From Planctomycetota bacterium (GTDB lineage: Bacteria; Planctomycetota; UBA11346), in the NCBI GenBank assembly GCA_038231435.1, contig JBBRLJ010000017.1, forward strand, positions 44,676 to 108,675: DNA of 64,000 bases. Direction: 5' to 3'. Shown piece after piece: positions 38,660-47,840 of this stretch. Position 1 is the first letter of the stretch, and each line of letters begins with the position of its first letter. Made by a program: the position numbers and the translations under genes. The notes under the pieces were generated by a model, which was not told the DNA's origin, ran no database searches, and was given only the letters and a program-made list of their open reading frames with translations.

Positions 38660-40354
38660 ATGACGACCAAACGCGACGGTCCCACGCGTCACATCTTCAT
38701 CACCGGCGGCGTCGCCAGCTCGCTCGGCAAGGGCATCGCATCCGCCTCGATCGGGCGTCTGCTGATCAACATGGGCTTCCGGGTGCGCGTGCAGAAGCTC
38801 GATCCGTACCTGAACGTCGATCCTGGCACGATGAATCCCTTCCAGCACGGCGAGGTCTACGTCACCGACGATGGCGCCGAGACCGATCTCGACCTCGGCC
38901 ACTACGAGCGCTTCCTCAACCAGCCGTGCTCCAAGCATTCGACGGTCACCGCGGGCTCGATCTACCAGACGGTCATCCAGAAGGAGCGCGCCGGCAAATA
39001 CAACGGCGGCACCGTGCAGGTGATCCCGCACGTCACCGACCAGATCAAGGAGGCGATCCGCGCCCTGGTCGCTCCGGATGTGGATGTCATCATCAGCGAG
39101 ATCGGCGGCACCGTCGGCGACATCGAGGGCCTGCCGTTCATGGAGGCGGTGCGCCAGTACGCTCACGAGGCCGGGCGCGCCCACACCTGTTTCGTGCACC
39201 TCGCCTACATCCCGTACATCCGCGCCGCCGGAGAGATCAAGACCAAGCCGGCCCAGCACTCGGTGCAGAAGCTGCGCGAGATCGGCATCATTCCCGACTT
39301 CATGATGTGCCGCAGCGAGCGTGGCCTGTCGAAGGAGGTGCGCGAGAAGCTCTCCCTGTTCTGCAACGTCGATGCTCCGAACGTCATCGACCTCGCCGAC
39401 GTGCCGACCTCGGTCTACGAGGTTCCGCAGGTGCTGGTGAAGCAGGATGTGCACAACCTCATCTGCCGCCGTCTCGGCCTGCCTCTGCGCGAATGCGACA
39501 TGAAGGCGTGGGATCTGATGGTGAACCATATCCGCAAGCCGAAGGACACCGTCACCATCGCGCTGGTCGGCAAGTACATCAACCATCAGGACGCCTACAA
39601 ATCGGTCACCGAATCGATCGATCACGCGGCCTTCGCGCATCTGCTCAAGGCCAACATCGTGCGCATCGAGTCGGACACGCTCGAGAAGGAAGGCGATTGG
39701 CAGGAGATCCTCAAGGGTGTCGACGGCATCGTCGTGCCCGGTGGTTTCGGCAAGCGCGGTTTCGAGGGCAAGCTGCGCGCGATCCGCTTCGCGCGCGAGG
39801 CCAAGCTGCCGTACCTCGGCCTGTGCCTGGGCATGCAGGCGGCCTCGATCGAGTTCGCCCGCGACGTGCTCGGCCTCACCGACGCCAACTCCACCGAGAT
39901 GAACGAGAAGACCAGGGATCCGGTCATCGTCCTGATGGACAGCCAGAAGGAGGTGGTGCAGATCGGCGGCACCATGCGCCTGGGCAACTACCCGTGCACC
40001 CTGACCAAGAAGACCTCGCGCACCGCTCGCTGCTACAAGGACGCCGAGGTGGTGCAGGAGCGCCACCGCCATCGCTACGAGTTCAACAACGCCTACCGCG
40101 CGCAGTTCGAGCAGGCGGGCATGCTCTTCACCGGCCTGTACATCCCCGACGCGGCGCATCCGGACAAGTCCCTGGTCGAGATCATCGAGCTGAAGGACCA
40201 CCCGTTCTTCATCGCCACCCAGGCCCACCCCGAGTTCAAGTCGAGCCCGGTCGAACCTCATCCGCTGTTCCGCGGCTTCCTCGGCGCCGCCTACAAGCAC
40301 AAGACCAAGGGCCAGGACGATGGCGGTGCGCAGGCGATAGCCGCTGAGGGGTGA
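38660..40354 (+). CDS. pyrG: CTP synthase
   Basis: IFITGGVASSLGKG, DPGTMNPFQHGEV, GLCLGMQ, ERHRHRYE, QAHPEFKS. Confidence 0.98.
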   Translation: MTTKRDGPTRHIFITGGVASSLGKGIASASIGRLLINMGFRVRVQKLDPYLNVDPGTMNPFQHGEVYVTDDGAETDLDLGHYERFLNQPCSKHSTVTAGSIYQTVIQKERAGKYNGGTVQVIPHVTDQIKEAIRALVAPDVDVIISEIGGTVGDIEGLPFMEAVRQYAHEAGRAHTCFVHLAYIPYIRAAGEIKTKPAQHSVQKLREIGIIPDFMMCRSERGLSKEVREKLSLFCNVDAPNVIDLADVPTSVYEVPQVLVKQDVHNLICRRLGLPLRECDMKAWDLMVNHIRKPKDTVTIALVGKYINHQDAYKSVTESIDHAAFAHLLKANIVRIESDTLEKEGDWQEILKGVDGIVVPGGFGKRGFEGKLRAIRFAREAKLPYLGLCLGMQAASIEFARDVLGLTDANSTEMNEKTRDPVIVLMDSQKEVVQIGGTMRLGNYPCTLTKKTSRTARCYKDAEVVQERHRHRYEFNNAYRAQFEQAGMLFTGLYIPDAAHPDKSLVEIIELKDHPFFIATQAHPEFKSSPVEPHPLFRGFLGAAYKHKTKGQDDGGAQAIAAEG

Positions 40355-40583
40355 CGGCTCGTGGAAGAATGAGGGAAGCGGGAAGATAGAAGCGGGAAGA
40401 CTGAAGATGGAAGGGTGAAGAGAAGCGCGCAGCCGAGCATCGCGCAGCGCTGGATCATCATCGCCGCGGTCGTCACGCTTGCGCTCGCTGTTCAGCTTCG
40501 CCGTCCACTCCGTCTCTCGTTCTCTTCAATCTTCAATGTTCTGACGTCCAACTTCCGACCTCTCCCTTTCCCAAGGCCCCGTC

Positions 40584-41273
40584 ATGCCCTCCCTCCCCGA
40601 TCCTCCCCTGATCTCCCCCGGCCAGCTCGGCACCCGCGTCATCCAGGATGAATCGCGGGCCAGCTTCGACCGCCGCAACAAGCTGCTGTTGATGGAGGGC
40701 ATCAGGCCCGACGCGGTATTCATCGGCGATTCACTGACCAACGATTGGCCGGTGTCCGAATGCTTCGGAGATCTCTTCCGCACCGTGGTCAACCGCGGTA
40801 TCGGTGGAGACACCGCCAGTTACGTGCACCTGCGCCTCGATGCCGATGCGCTGCAGCTGAAGCCGCAGCGTGTGTTCTTCATGATCGGCACCAACGACAT
40901 GGCCGCGCGCTTCGGCTACGACACCGACGCGGTGATCCTCCGCGATCTCGAGGCGAACTACCGCAAATCATTCGCGATGATGAAGGATCGCGGCGCGCGG
41001 ATCTTCATCGGCACGGTGCCGCCAACCAGCCAGTCGGCGCTGCGTGACGTGATGTTCGCCCGCAAGAAGGTGCTGATCCCGGCGGCGAACCGCATCCTAT
41101 CGGCGTTGGCGCGTGACTACGGTTTCGTGCTGATCGATTACTTCGCGGCGGTGGCGGATGCGGATGGAGTGCTGATCCAGGAGTACACCACCGACGGCTG
41201 CCACTTCACGGCGCAAGGGTATTGGCGGTTGAACCGGGCGGTGAGAGCGGCGATGGAGAGGGCGGAAGGGTAA
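40584..41273 (+). CDS. SGNH/GDSL hydrolase
   Basis: FIGDSLT, NRGIGGD, MIGTND, DGCHF blocks. Confidence 0.9.
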   Translation: MPSLPDPPLISPGQLGTRVIQDESRASFDRRNKLLLMEGIRPDAVFIGDSLTNDWPVSECFGDLFRTVVNRGIGGDTASYVHLRLDADALQLKPQRVFFMIGTNDMAARFGYDTDAVILRDLEANYRKSFAMMKDRGARIFIGTVPPTSQSALRDVMFARKKVLIPAANRILSALARDYGFVLIDYFAAVADADGVLIQEYTTDGCHFTAQGYWRLNRAVRAAMERAEG

Positions 41274-41437
41274 AGGGTAGAAGGGGTGGAAGATGGAAGT
41301 CGGAAGAGGGAAAAGAGGGAAGAGAAGGGAGCGGAGCGCGGGAAAAGAGGGGAATCGGGGCGGGGAGGGTGGGACGCGGGGTTCTGGCTGGGGGTATTCC
41401 CTTTGACCGCGGGGGGTGGGGCGGAAACATCGCGGGC

Positions 41438-42259
41438 ATGAAGAACGTCATCCGCGTTGCGTTGGCTCTCATCATGGCGTGCACGCCGGCGGTGGTGCGC
41501 GCCGCAGATAACGCGGAGAAAACGGCGCCGCCTTTCGCGTTTCCCGAGCAATACCAGGTCGATCAGGTCGTGACCTCGCCGCAGGGCACCATGACCATGA
41601 ACGTCGCGCGCGATGGCGATCAGGTGCGGTCCGATATGGATGCCCAGGGCCACAAGGTGTCGATGATCGCGCGGCCCGACCTCAAGCTCACCTACATCCT
41701 GATGCACGAACAGAAGATGATGGTGCAGCAGCCGTACAATGACGCCGCCTTCGCGAATCCGGCGCGCGACAAGAGCGCCACCTGGAAGAAGACCGGCAAC
41801 GAGAAGCTCAAGGACGTCGACTGCGACACCTATGACCTCACCACCTCGACGGGCGAGGTCTGGAAGGTGTGGGCGAATCCGAAGGACCAGACGCTGGTGA
41901 AGCTCGTGAACGACGCGAAGAAGACCACCATGGAGTTCGATCACTGGAAGTTGACCAAGCCGGATAGCGCGCTGTTCGAGCCGCCGAAGGACTACGCCAA
42001 CGCCATGACCGCCGGCGGTCCTCCGCGCGGCCCCGGTGCGCCGGGTGGCCCCGGTGCGCCGGGTGGTCCCGGCGGTCCCGGCGGTCCCGGTCGCCCCGGT
42101 CCTCCGGGACCTGGTGGTCCCGGAGGCCCCGGCGCCCAGAACGGCCCGCCTCCCGGGACCGGCGGCCCCGCCGGTCCCGGCAACGCGCCGCCCCCGCGCC
42201 CCCCAGGCCCCGGCCAGGCTCCGCCCCCCGGCGCCCCCCCGGCCCCGCCCGCGCGCTGA
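41438..42259 (+). CDS. Secreted protein (DUF4412/LolA-like beta fold) with a Gly-Pro-rich tail
   Basis: Signal peptide, KKTGNEKLKDVDCDTY, DSALFEPPKDY, then GPGAP/GPGGP repeats. Confidence 0.75.
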   Translation: MKNVIRVALALIMACTPAVVRAADNAEKTAPPFAFPEQYQVDQVVTSPQGTMTMNVARDGDQVRSDMDAQGHKVSMIARPDLKLTYILMHEQKMMVQQPYNDAAFANPARDKSATWKKTGNEKLKDVDCDTYDLTTSTGEVWKVWANPKDQTLVKLVNDAKKTTMEFDHWKLTKPDSALFEPPKDYANAMTAGGPPRGPGAPGGPGAPGGPGGPGGPGRPGPPGPGGPGGPGAQNGPPPGTGGPAGPGNAPPPRPPGPGQAPPPGAPPAPPAR

Positions 42260-42390
42260 GATCCGCCGCCGTCGGCCGTCCGCTCCTTCGCTGCCGGCCC
42301 TGAAGCTGGCGAACGTCGCTCGCTCCTTCGCATCCTGCGCTGAACGGCCGAAGGCCGCGCCAACCCGCGCCAGCATCCGGGCTCTGCAAT

Positions 42391-42456
42391 GGGGCGGAGC
42401 CCCTGCGCAAAAAAGCCCGTGGGGTAGGCCCGCAGGGCCGTAGGGGCGGAGCCCCT
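42391..42456 (+). repeat. Family-A terminal module (short copy)
   Basis: AAAGCCCGTGGGGTAGGCCC-GCA-GGGCCGTAGGGGC-GGA-GCCCCT; between convergent genes. Confidence 0.85.
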
Positions 42457-42460
42457 TTGA

Positions 42461-43900
42461 TTACTTAGACGGAATGATGCGGAAGACTTGCGCGCCCCAC
42501 GGACCGAGCTGCACCTCGATCGCCTTCTCGGCGAGGGTCTCGGCGCGCACCTGGTAGGGCGCGCCGCCGGCGAGGTAGTCCTGGAATTGGCAATCGCGGT
42601 CGGCGAGCGGGCCGATCTCGATCGCGCCGGTGGTGGGCTGCCAGCTGGCGTTCACCACCATCAGCAGCCAATGGTGCGCGGGCAACGTCCACAGGCATGC
42701 CACCAGGCTGCGACTGCGTTCGCCGCGCGGCTCGAGCAACATCCAGGTGCCGTCGTGCCGCGCCGGTTCGCTCAAGAGCTTGAGCAGCTCGCGGTACGCA
42801 TTGCGATGCGCCTCGGAACCTTCCTCGGGGGGCCGGCGCGAGGAATGCAGCGACGCATGCAGGCGGCGGCCGTCCTCCTGGCCGTGATGGCAGAGCAGCA
42901 TGCCCGGGACCATGCCGGTGATGAACAAGGCGCCGCGGTGGTGGTCGGGAAACGGGAAGCGCGCAGCCGCGCGCTGCTCGTCGTCGTTCTCGAGGAAGCG
43001 CACGCAATGCGACTGGTAGTCGGCGCTGGCGCGAAGATGGGCGCGGATCGACTCGGCATCGTCCGAGAGCAGACGGTCGTAGAGGATCTTGTCGTAGGTG
43101 AAATCGAAGCCGACCTGTTGGAGCTCGTACTCGCGGTTCCAGTACACCTCGGCCATGAAGATGGTGCCGGGGTGCTCGGCGCGGACGCGGTCGAGGCAGC
43201 GCCGCCAGAACGGCTGCATCGCCCGGTTCCAGGTGCTCTGGAAGACGTCGGGCAGGAGCAGCATCGCCTCGTCGCAGCGCAGGCCGTCGCAGCGCGCGGC
43301 GATCGACGACGCCGTGCGAATCATCTCCTCTTGGCAATCGGGATTGCCGTAGTCGAGCTGCAGGGTGTTGCGCCACGGAGCGAAGAACGGATCGCGCCCG
43401 TGCGCGAAGACCTTGCCGTGGAGCTTCACGTAGGCGTCTGGCTGCTGGCGCAGCAGATACTCGTTGCCGAGGATGAAGAATTCGGGGTGCGTGGCCGCCC
43501 ACGGATGGTCGAGCCCGACATGGTTGGGAATGAAATCGAGCATCAGCGACAAGCCGCTCGCCTGCGCGCGCTCGCGCAGCCGCGCCAAGGTCTCGTCGCC
43601 GCCGAGCTCCCCGGGGACCTCGTAGCCAGCGTGCGCGAGCGGCGAGCCGCAGATGTCGGCGTCACTGAACTCGGGCAGCACCGAGGCCAGGTATTGGCGC
43701 AGCGGATCGTCGCCGAGCGACAGCTGGCGGCTCAACGGCCCAGTGCGCCACACCCCGAGCAGGTACAGCCAGGTGAAACCGTTCTCGACCAGGTGGTCCA
43801 GGAACTCGTACGACAGGTCATCGAGCGTCGCCGGTCGCCCCAGCTCGCGCGACCGGTCGGTGCGCCACGTGCGCACATTGAGCTCGTACAACTGGTGCAT
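42461..43900 (-). CDS. Alpha-amylase family (GH13) glycoside hydrolase
   Basis: LMLDFIPNH, DGLRCDEAML, FMAEVYW, RFLENDDE. Confidence 0.88.
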   Translation of the reverse strand: MHQLYELNVRTWRTDRSRELGRPATLDDLSYEFLDHLVENGFTWLYLLGVWRTGPLSRQLSLGDDPLRQYLASVLPEFSDADICGSPLAHAGYEVPGELGGDETLARLRERAQASGLSLMLDFIPNHVGLDHPWAATHPEFFILGNEYLLRQQPDAYVKLHGKVFAHGRDPFFAPWRNTLQLDYGNPDCQEEMIRTASSIAARCDGLRCDEAMLLLPDVFQSTWNRAMQPFWRRCLDRVRAEHPGTIFMAEVYWNREYELQQVGFDFTYDKILYDRLLSDDAESIRAHLRASADYQSHCVRFLENDDEQRAAARFPFPDHHRGALFITGMVPGMLLCHHGQEDGRRLHASLHSSRRPPEEGSEAHRNAYRELLKLLSEPARHDGTWMLLEPRGERSRSLVACLWTLPAHHWLLMVVNASWQPTTGAIEIGPLADRDCQFQDYLAGGAPYQVRAETLAEKAIEVQLGPWGAQVFRIIPSK

Positions 43901-43994
43901 GGGCGCGTGGAGTGTAGTTCACTGCCGGGACCCGCAACACTTGTCGCCGCAGGTTGAACGATCACGCGAGCGACACCTCGCATCCACCCAGACC

Positions 43995-44306
43995 CAGGGC
44001 CGCCGATCGGCCGCGCCGGCAGACCGAAGTCTGCGCCACGCAGGCCAAGCGCGCAGCGCGCAGCAGCCCGTGAGATCACGTCGCGCGGTATGGCCACGAA
44101 TCACTGCTGACAAGTTTCCCGCGATGGGGGGCAGCGCCGGAGGCGCGTTGACGGGGGGCGAGCGCTTCGCGAGCCGAAGGCCCTTCGGGGCATTCGCTGG
44201 CGTCGTCCTCGATCCCCTAGTGTGCACACAGGGCTGCCGATCGGCCGCCACGGCCGATCGAGCTCATGCGCCCCGCGTGGGCGGAGCGCGCAGCGCGAGC
44301 AGCCCG
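43995..44306. repeat. Imperfect direct repeats (43995-44070, 44229-44306) enclosing a module shared with the 52.2 kb mosaic
   Basis: CAGGGCYGCCGATCGGCCGC...GCGCGCAGCGCG(C)AGCAGCCCG occurs twice; 44126-44158 is near the reverse complement of 52394-52425. Confidence 0.7.
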
Positions 44307-44310
44307 ACGG

Positions 44311-45582
44311 CTACAGCTTGATTTCCGGCTTCCTCACCGCCACGCCGTAGGCGCCGAGGGCGGTGGCCAGCTCCTGAACCACGCTCTGGCCGCTACCGGG
44401 CGCGCGGTAGAGGTCGAGGTCGGTGTACTGGGCGAGGTCGCCGATGCGCGAGACGCCGAGGTCCTCGAGCACCTTGGCGGTGCGGTTGGCGAGCTCGAGC
44501 TTCTCGACCGATTCGCCGAGGATCTTCTGGTCGGCCTTCGAGATCGAGCGCTCGTCGCCCTCGCGGAACATGCCCAGGCGCAGGTTGCGCGCCGCGAGCA
44601 TCTCTTTCACTTCCTTCAGCGAGGTCTCGCCGAAGTTCTTGTACGAGAGCATCTCCTGCTCGGTGATGCGCAGCAGGTCGCCGAGGGTGAAGATGTTCAT
44701 CTTCGCCAGGCAGTTGCGCGAGCGCACCGACAGTTCGAAGTCGTTGACCGAGGTGCGCATGATCTTCTCCATGCGCTCACGCTCGCGCTCCTCGCGCTCG
44801 TCGTAGTACATGGAGCGCGAGGCCTTGGCGTCGCGCAGCAGGGTGAGCGCGCGGCGGTCGCGCGGGTTGTAGGCCAGCACTTGGCGGAAACAGTCGAGCG
44901 CCGCGTTGGATTCCCCGCGCTCCTCGTAGAGGATGCCCAGGTTGGTGACGGCCGGCAGGTAGGCGGGAGAGGCGTCGGCGCACACCAGGTAGTGCTCGGC
45001 GGCGAGATCGTCGTCGCCGATGCGGTCGAGCAGGACGCCGATCTTGAAGGCGGCTTCGACGTGCTGCGCGTCGGCTTCGAGCGCGGCCTCGAAGGCCTTG
45101 ATGGAGGCCTCGATCTGCGAGCGGGCCTCGAGGATGCGGCCATTGAGGAAGTCGCGCTCGGCGCCCTCGGCGACGCTGGCGAGGGCCTTCTCGGCGGCTT
45201 CATCGTCGCCGCCATCGAGCAGCGCGCGCACCAGTTCGCCCTTGGCCTCGGTCATGGTCTTGGCCGCGATCTGGAAGGCGGTCTTGGCGTCGCCGTACTC
45301 GCCGAGCTCGGCGTTGATCATGCCGAGCAGGGCCTGGCCGTAGGCGTCTTTCGGATCGATCATCTCCTCGGCGTCCGAGAACTTGCCGAGCGCGAACGCC
45401 AGCGCGGCGGTGCGCAGCTTGTCCTTGACCCCGGGGATGCCGTCGGCCAGCAGCGCGGCGAGCTTGGTGCGCTCCTCGGCATCCTGGGTCGCGACGCGGC
45501 GCAGGACCCGCACCTGGGCGAGGGTCGGGCGCTCGGGCGCGGTGAGGATCTGGGCGCTGCGGGGAAGGGTGGCGGTGGGCAT
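44311..45582 (-). CDS. TPR-repeat protein with two RNA polymerase alpha-CTD-like domains
   Basis: TPR helices, then SVNDFELSVRSRNCLAKMNIFTLGDLLRITEQEMLSYKNFGETSLKEVKEML and a second, degenerate copy. Confidence 0.88.
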   Translation of the reverse strand: MPTATLPRSAQILTAPERPTLAQVRVLRRVATQDAEERTKLAALLADGIPGVKDKLRTAALAFALGKFSDAEEMIDPKDAYGQALLGMINAELGEYGDAKTAFQIAAKTMTEAKGELVRALLDGGDDEAAEKALASVAEGAERDFLNGRILEARSQIEASIKAFEAALEADAQHVEAAFKIGVLLDRIGDDDLAAEHYLVCADASPAYLPAVTNLGILYEERGESNAALDCFRQVLAYNPRDRRALTLLRDAKASRSMYYDEREERERERMEKIMRTSVNDFELSVRSRNCLAKMNIFTLGDLLRITEQEMLSYKNFGETSLKEVKEMLAARNLRLGMFREGDERSISKADQKILGESVEKLELANRTAKVLEDLGVSRIGDLAQYTDLDLYRAPGSGQSVVQELATALGAYGVAVRKPEIKL

Positions 45583-45817
45583 GGCTGACCTCGATCTGGG
45601 TGCTCCCGCGCGCCCTGGACCCATGGCCAGGGCCATGGAAGGGGTGCGGGAGATTGGTGCTGGCGGAGAAAAGGGCTCACACGATAGCGGTGAGGGAGGC
45701 GGGGCAAGGGGGGGATGGACGGAGGACCGTCGTCTGGGGAGGGAAGGACCGCCGTCCGTCTGTCGTCATCCGGCGATAACGGCAAGCCGACAGACCACGG
45801 TCGCCATCCGGGACGCC

Positions 45818-47032
45818 TCAGGCGGCGCGCACCGCCACCGCCAGCTTCGCCAGCAGCTCATCGATCTCAGCCGCGGTGATGATCAAGGGCGGCGCCAGGC
45901 GCAGGGTGTTCCCTCCCGACGGTCCGACGACCAGGCCTTCGGCGAGGCAGGCCTTCACCAGGGCGCCGGGATCTTGGGCGAGCTGAACTCCCAGCAGCAG
46001 GCCCTTCCCGCGCACCTCGGTGCCGGCGCCGAAGATCGCGCGCAGGCCGTTGGCGAGCTGCTCGCCGCGCTGAGCGATTCTCTCGATGAAACCAGGGGCG
46101 AGCACCACATCGAGCACCGCGAGCGCCGCCGCGCAGGCGAGCGGATTGCCGCCGAAGGTGGTGCCGTGCATGCCGGGTTTCAGCAGGTCGGCGGCCTTCG
46201 GCGCATACAACACCGCGCCGATCGGCACGCCGCCGCCCAGGCCCTTGGCCAGGGTCATGATGTCCGGGACCACGCCGGTCTCGTGCTGGTACGCGAAGGC
46301 CCTGCCGGTGCGGCCGACTCCGGTCTGGATCTCGTCGACCACCAGCAGCGCCTGATGCTGGTCGCACAGGCGCCTGAGCTCGGCGAGGAACCCGGCCGGA
46401 GCCGGGCGCACGCCGCCCTCGCCCTGGATCGGCTCGACGAATACCGCGGCGACGTCAGGGCCCATGGCCCTGGCCAGCGCGGAGGCGTCGCCGAAGGGCA
46501 GGAAATCGGCCGCGGGCAATGGTTCGAAGGGCTCGCGATAGGCGGGATTCGCCGTGATCGACAGAGCACCGAGAGTGCGCCCGTGGAAGCCGTTCTGGAA
46601 GGCGACCATGCGCTTCTTGCGGCCACCGTGGGCCTGGTTGCCCCACAGCCGAGCCACCTTGTAGGCGGCTTCGTTGGCCTCGGTTCCCGAATTGCAGAAC
46701 AACATCCTGCCCGGGAAGGCGGCGCCGACGATGCGCGCCGCCAGGGCCTCTTGCTGGGGGATGCCGTAGTGGTTCGAGACATGCGCGAGGGTGGCCGCCT
46801 GGCGCGAGATCGCCTCGACCAGCCGAGGGTGGCCATGGCCGAGCGAGCTGACCGCGACTCCGGCGAAGGCGTCGAGGTGGCGGCGCCCCAGGTCGTCGAT
46901 CAGGTGGCAGCCCTCGCCGCGCACGAAGCGCACATCCTGGCGCTTGTAGTTCTGCACCAGGAAGGAGGGGTCGGCCTGGCCCGATGCGGGACCGGCTCCG
47001 GAGGCCGGCGATGGGTGTGCGAGCTTGCTCAC
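45818..47032 (-). CDS. argD: Acetylornithine aminotransferase (class III PLP enzyme)
   Basis: [58 protein letters not shown]. Confidence 0.92.
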   Translation of the reverse strand: MSKLAHPSPASGAGPASGQADPSFLVQNYKRQDVRFVRGEGCHLIDDLGRRHLDAFAGVAVSSLGHGHPRLVEAISRQAATLAHVSNHYGIPQQEALAARIVGAAFPGRMLFCNSGTEANEAAYKVARLWGNQAHGGRKKRMVAFQNGFHGRTLGALSITANPAYREPFEPLPAADFLPFGDASALARAMGPDVAAVFVEPIQGEGGVRPAPAGFLAELRRLCDQHQALLVVDEIQTGVGRTGRAFAYQHETGVVPDIMTLAKGLGGGVPIGAVLYAPKAADLLKPGMHGTTFGGNPLACAAALAVLDVVLAPGFIERIAQRGEQLANGLRAIFGAGTEVRGKGLLLGVQLAQDPGALVKACLAEGLVVGPSGGNTLRLAPPLIITAAEIDELLAKLAVAVRAA

Positions 47033-47243
47033 GGCGAGCCTCCTGGGGAGTCGTATCGTTGCTCGCCATCGTGAGATGCAAGGCGGCGACTGGGGGATTC
47101 CGCGAGCATGATGTATGCCGATATGGCAATTGCAGCAGGAGGGGGCGGGCTACACTCCGCGCCATGCCACGGAAGGCCATACGACGAGGACCCGCCCGCG
47201 CGTCCGTCCGTGCTCATGCATCGCCACTGCTGCGTGGTCGTGC

Positions 47244-47807
47244 ATGAGCGGCAGCGATCCTGCCGCCACCCCCGCCACCCCCGCCGCCTTCCGCCATTGG
47301 GGCCGGTGGTTTTGGCCCGTGGCTCTGAGCGTGTTGGTGCTCGATCAGCTGACCAAGTGGTGGCTGTTCGCTCTGCCCGGCAATACCCGGCTGCCGACGT
47401 GGATCCTGCCTGCCCAGAACTCGGGGGTGGCCTGGAGCATCGGCCACCAGTGGCCCTGGGCGGTGACGCTGGTCACGGCGCTGCTGCTGCCCGCGCTGGC
47501 CTGGGTGTGGTGGCGATGGTTCCGTCCGCTCGGCGCCTGGGAGAACCTCGCCTTCGGCGGCATCCTCGGCGGTGCGCTCGGCAACGGCTTCGATCGCGCG
47601 TGCGCGCGCCTCGACCTGTTCCATCTGCGCGGCGTCCGTGATTTCATCAACATCGATCTGGGTTTCTGGCCAGCCCACCCGTGGCCGACGTTCAACATCG
47701 CCGATGCCGGCATCACCGGCGGATTCCTCGTCCTGGTGGCGCTGACATTCCGCAAGCCGAAAGCCGCGACCGCCCATGCCGGCATCGTGGCCGTGTCCGA
47801 CCGCTAG
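47244..47807 (+). CDS. lspA: Lipoprotein signal peptidase II
   Basis: LDQLTKW, NSGVAWS, GGALGNGFDR, GVRDFI, WPTFNIADAGI. Confidence 0.93.
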   Translation: MSGSDPAATPATPAAFRHWGRWFWPVALSVLVLDQLTKWWLFALPGNTRLPTWILPAQNSGVAWSIGHQWPWAVTLVTALLLPALAWVWWRWFRPLGAWENLAFGGILGGALGNGFDRACARLDLFHLRGVRDFINIDLGFWPAHPWPTFNIADAGITGGFLVLVALTFRKPKAATAHAGIVAVSDR

Positions 47808-47840
47808 CTTTTTTCTTCAGGTTTCTCTAGGAGCAGTTTC

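Noticed and set aside
44311..45582. rpoA
   Set aside because: Only alpha-CTD-like domains are present; the alpha N-terminal assembly domain is replaced by TPRs, and the gene is outside the rpsM-rpsK-rplQ context.
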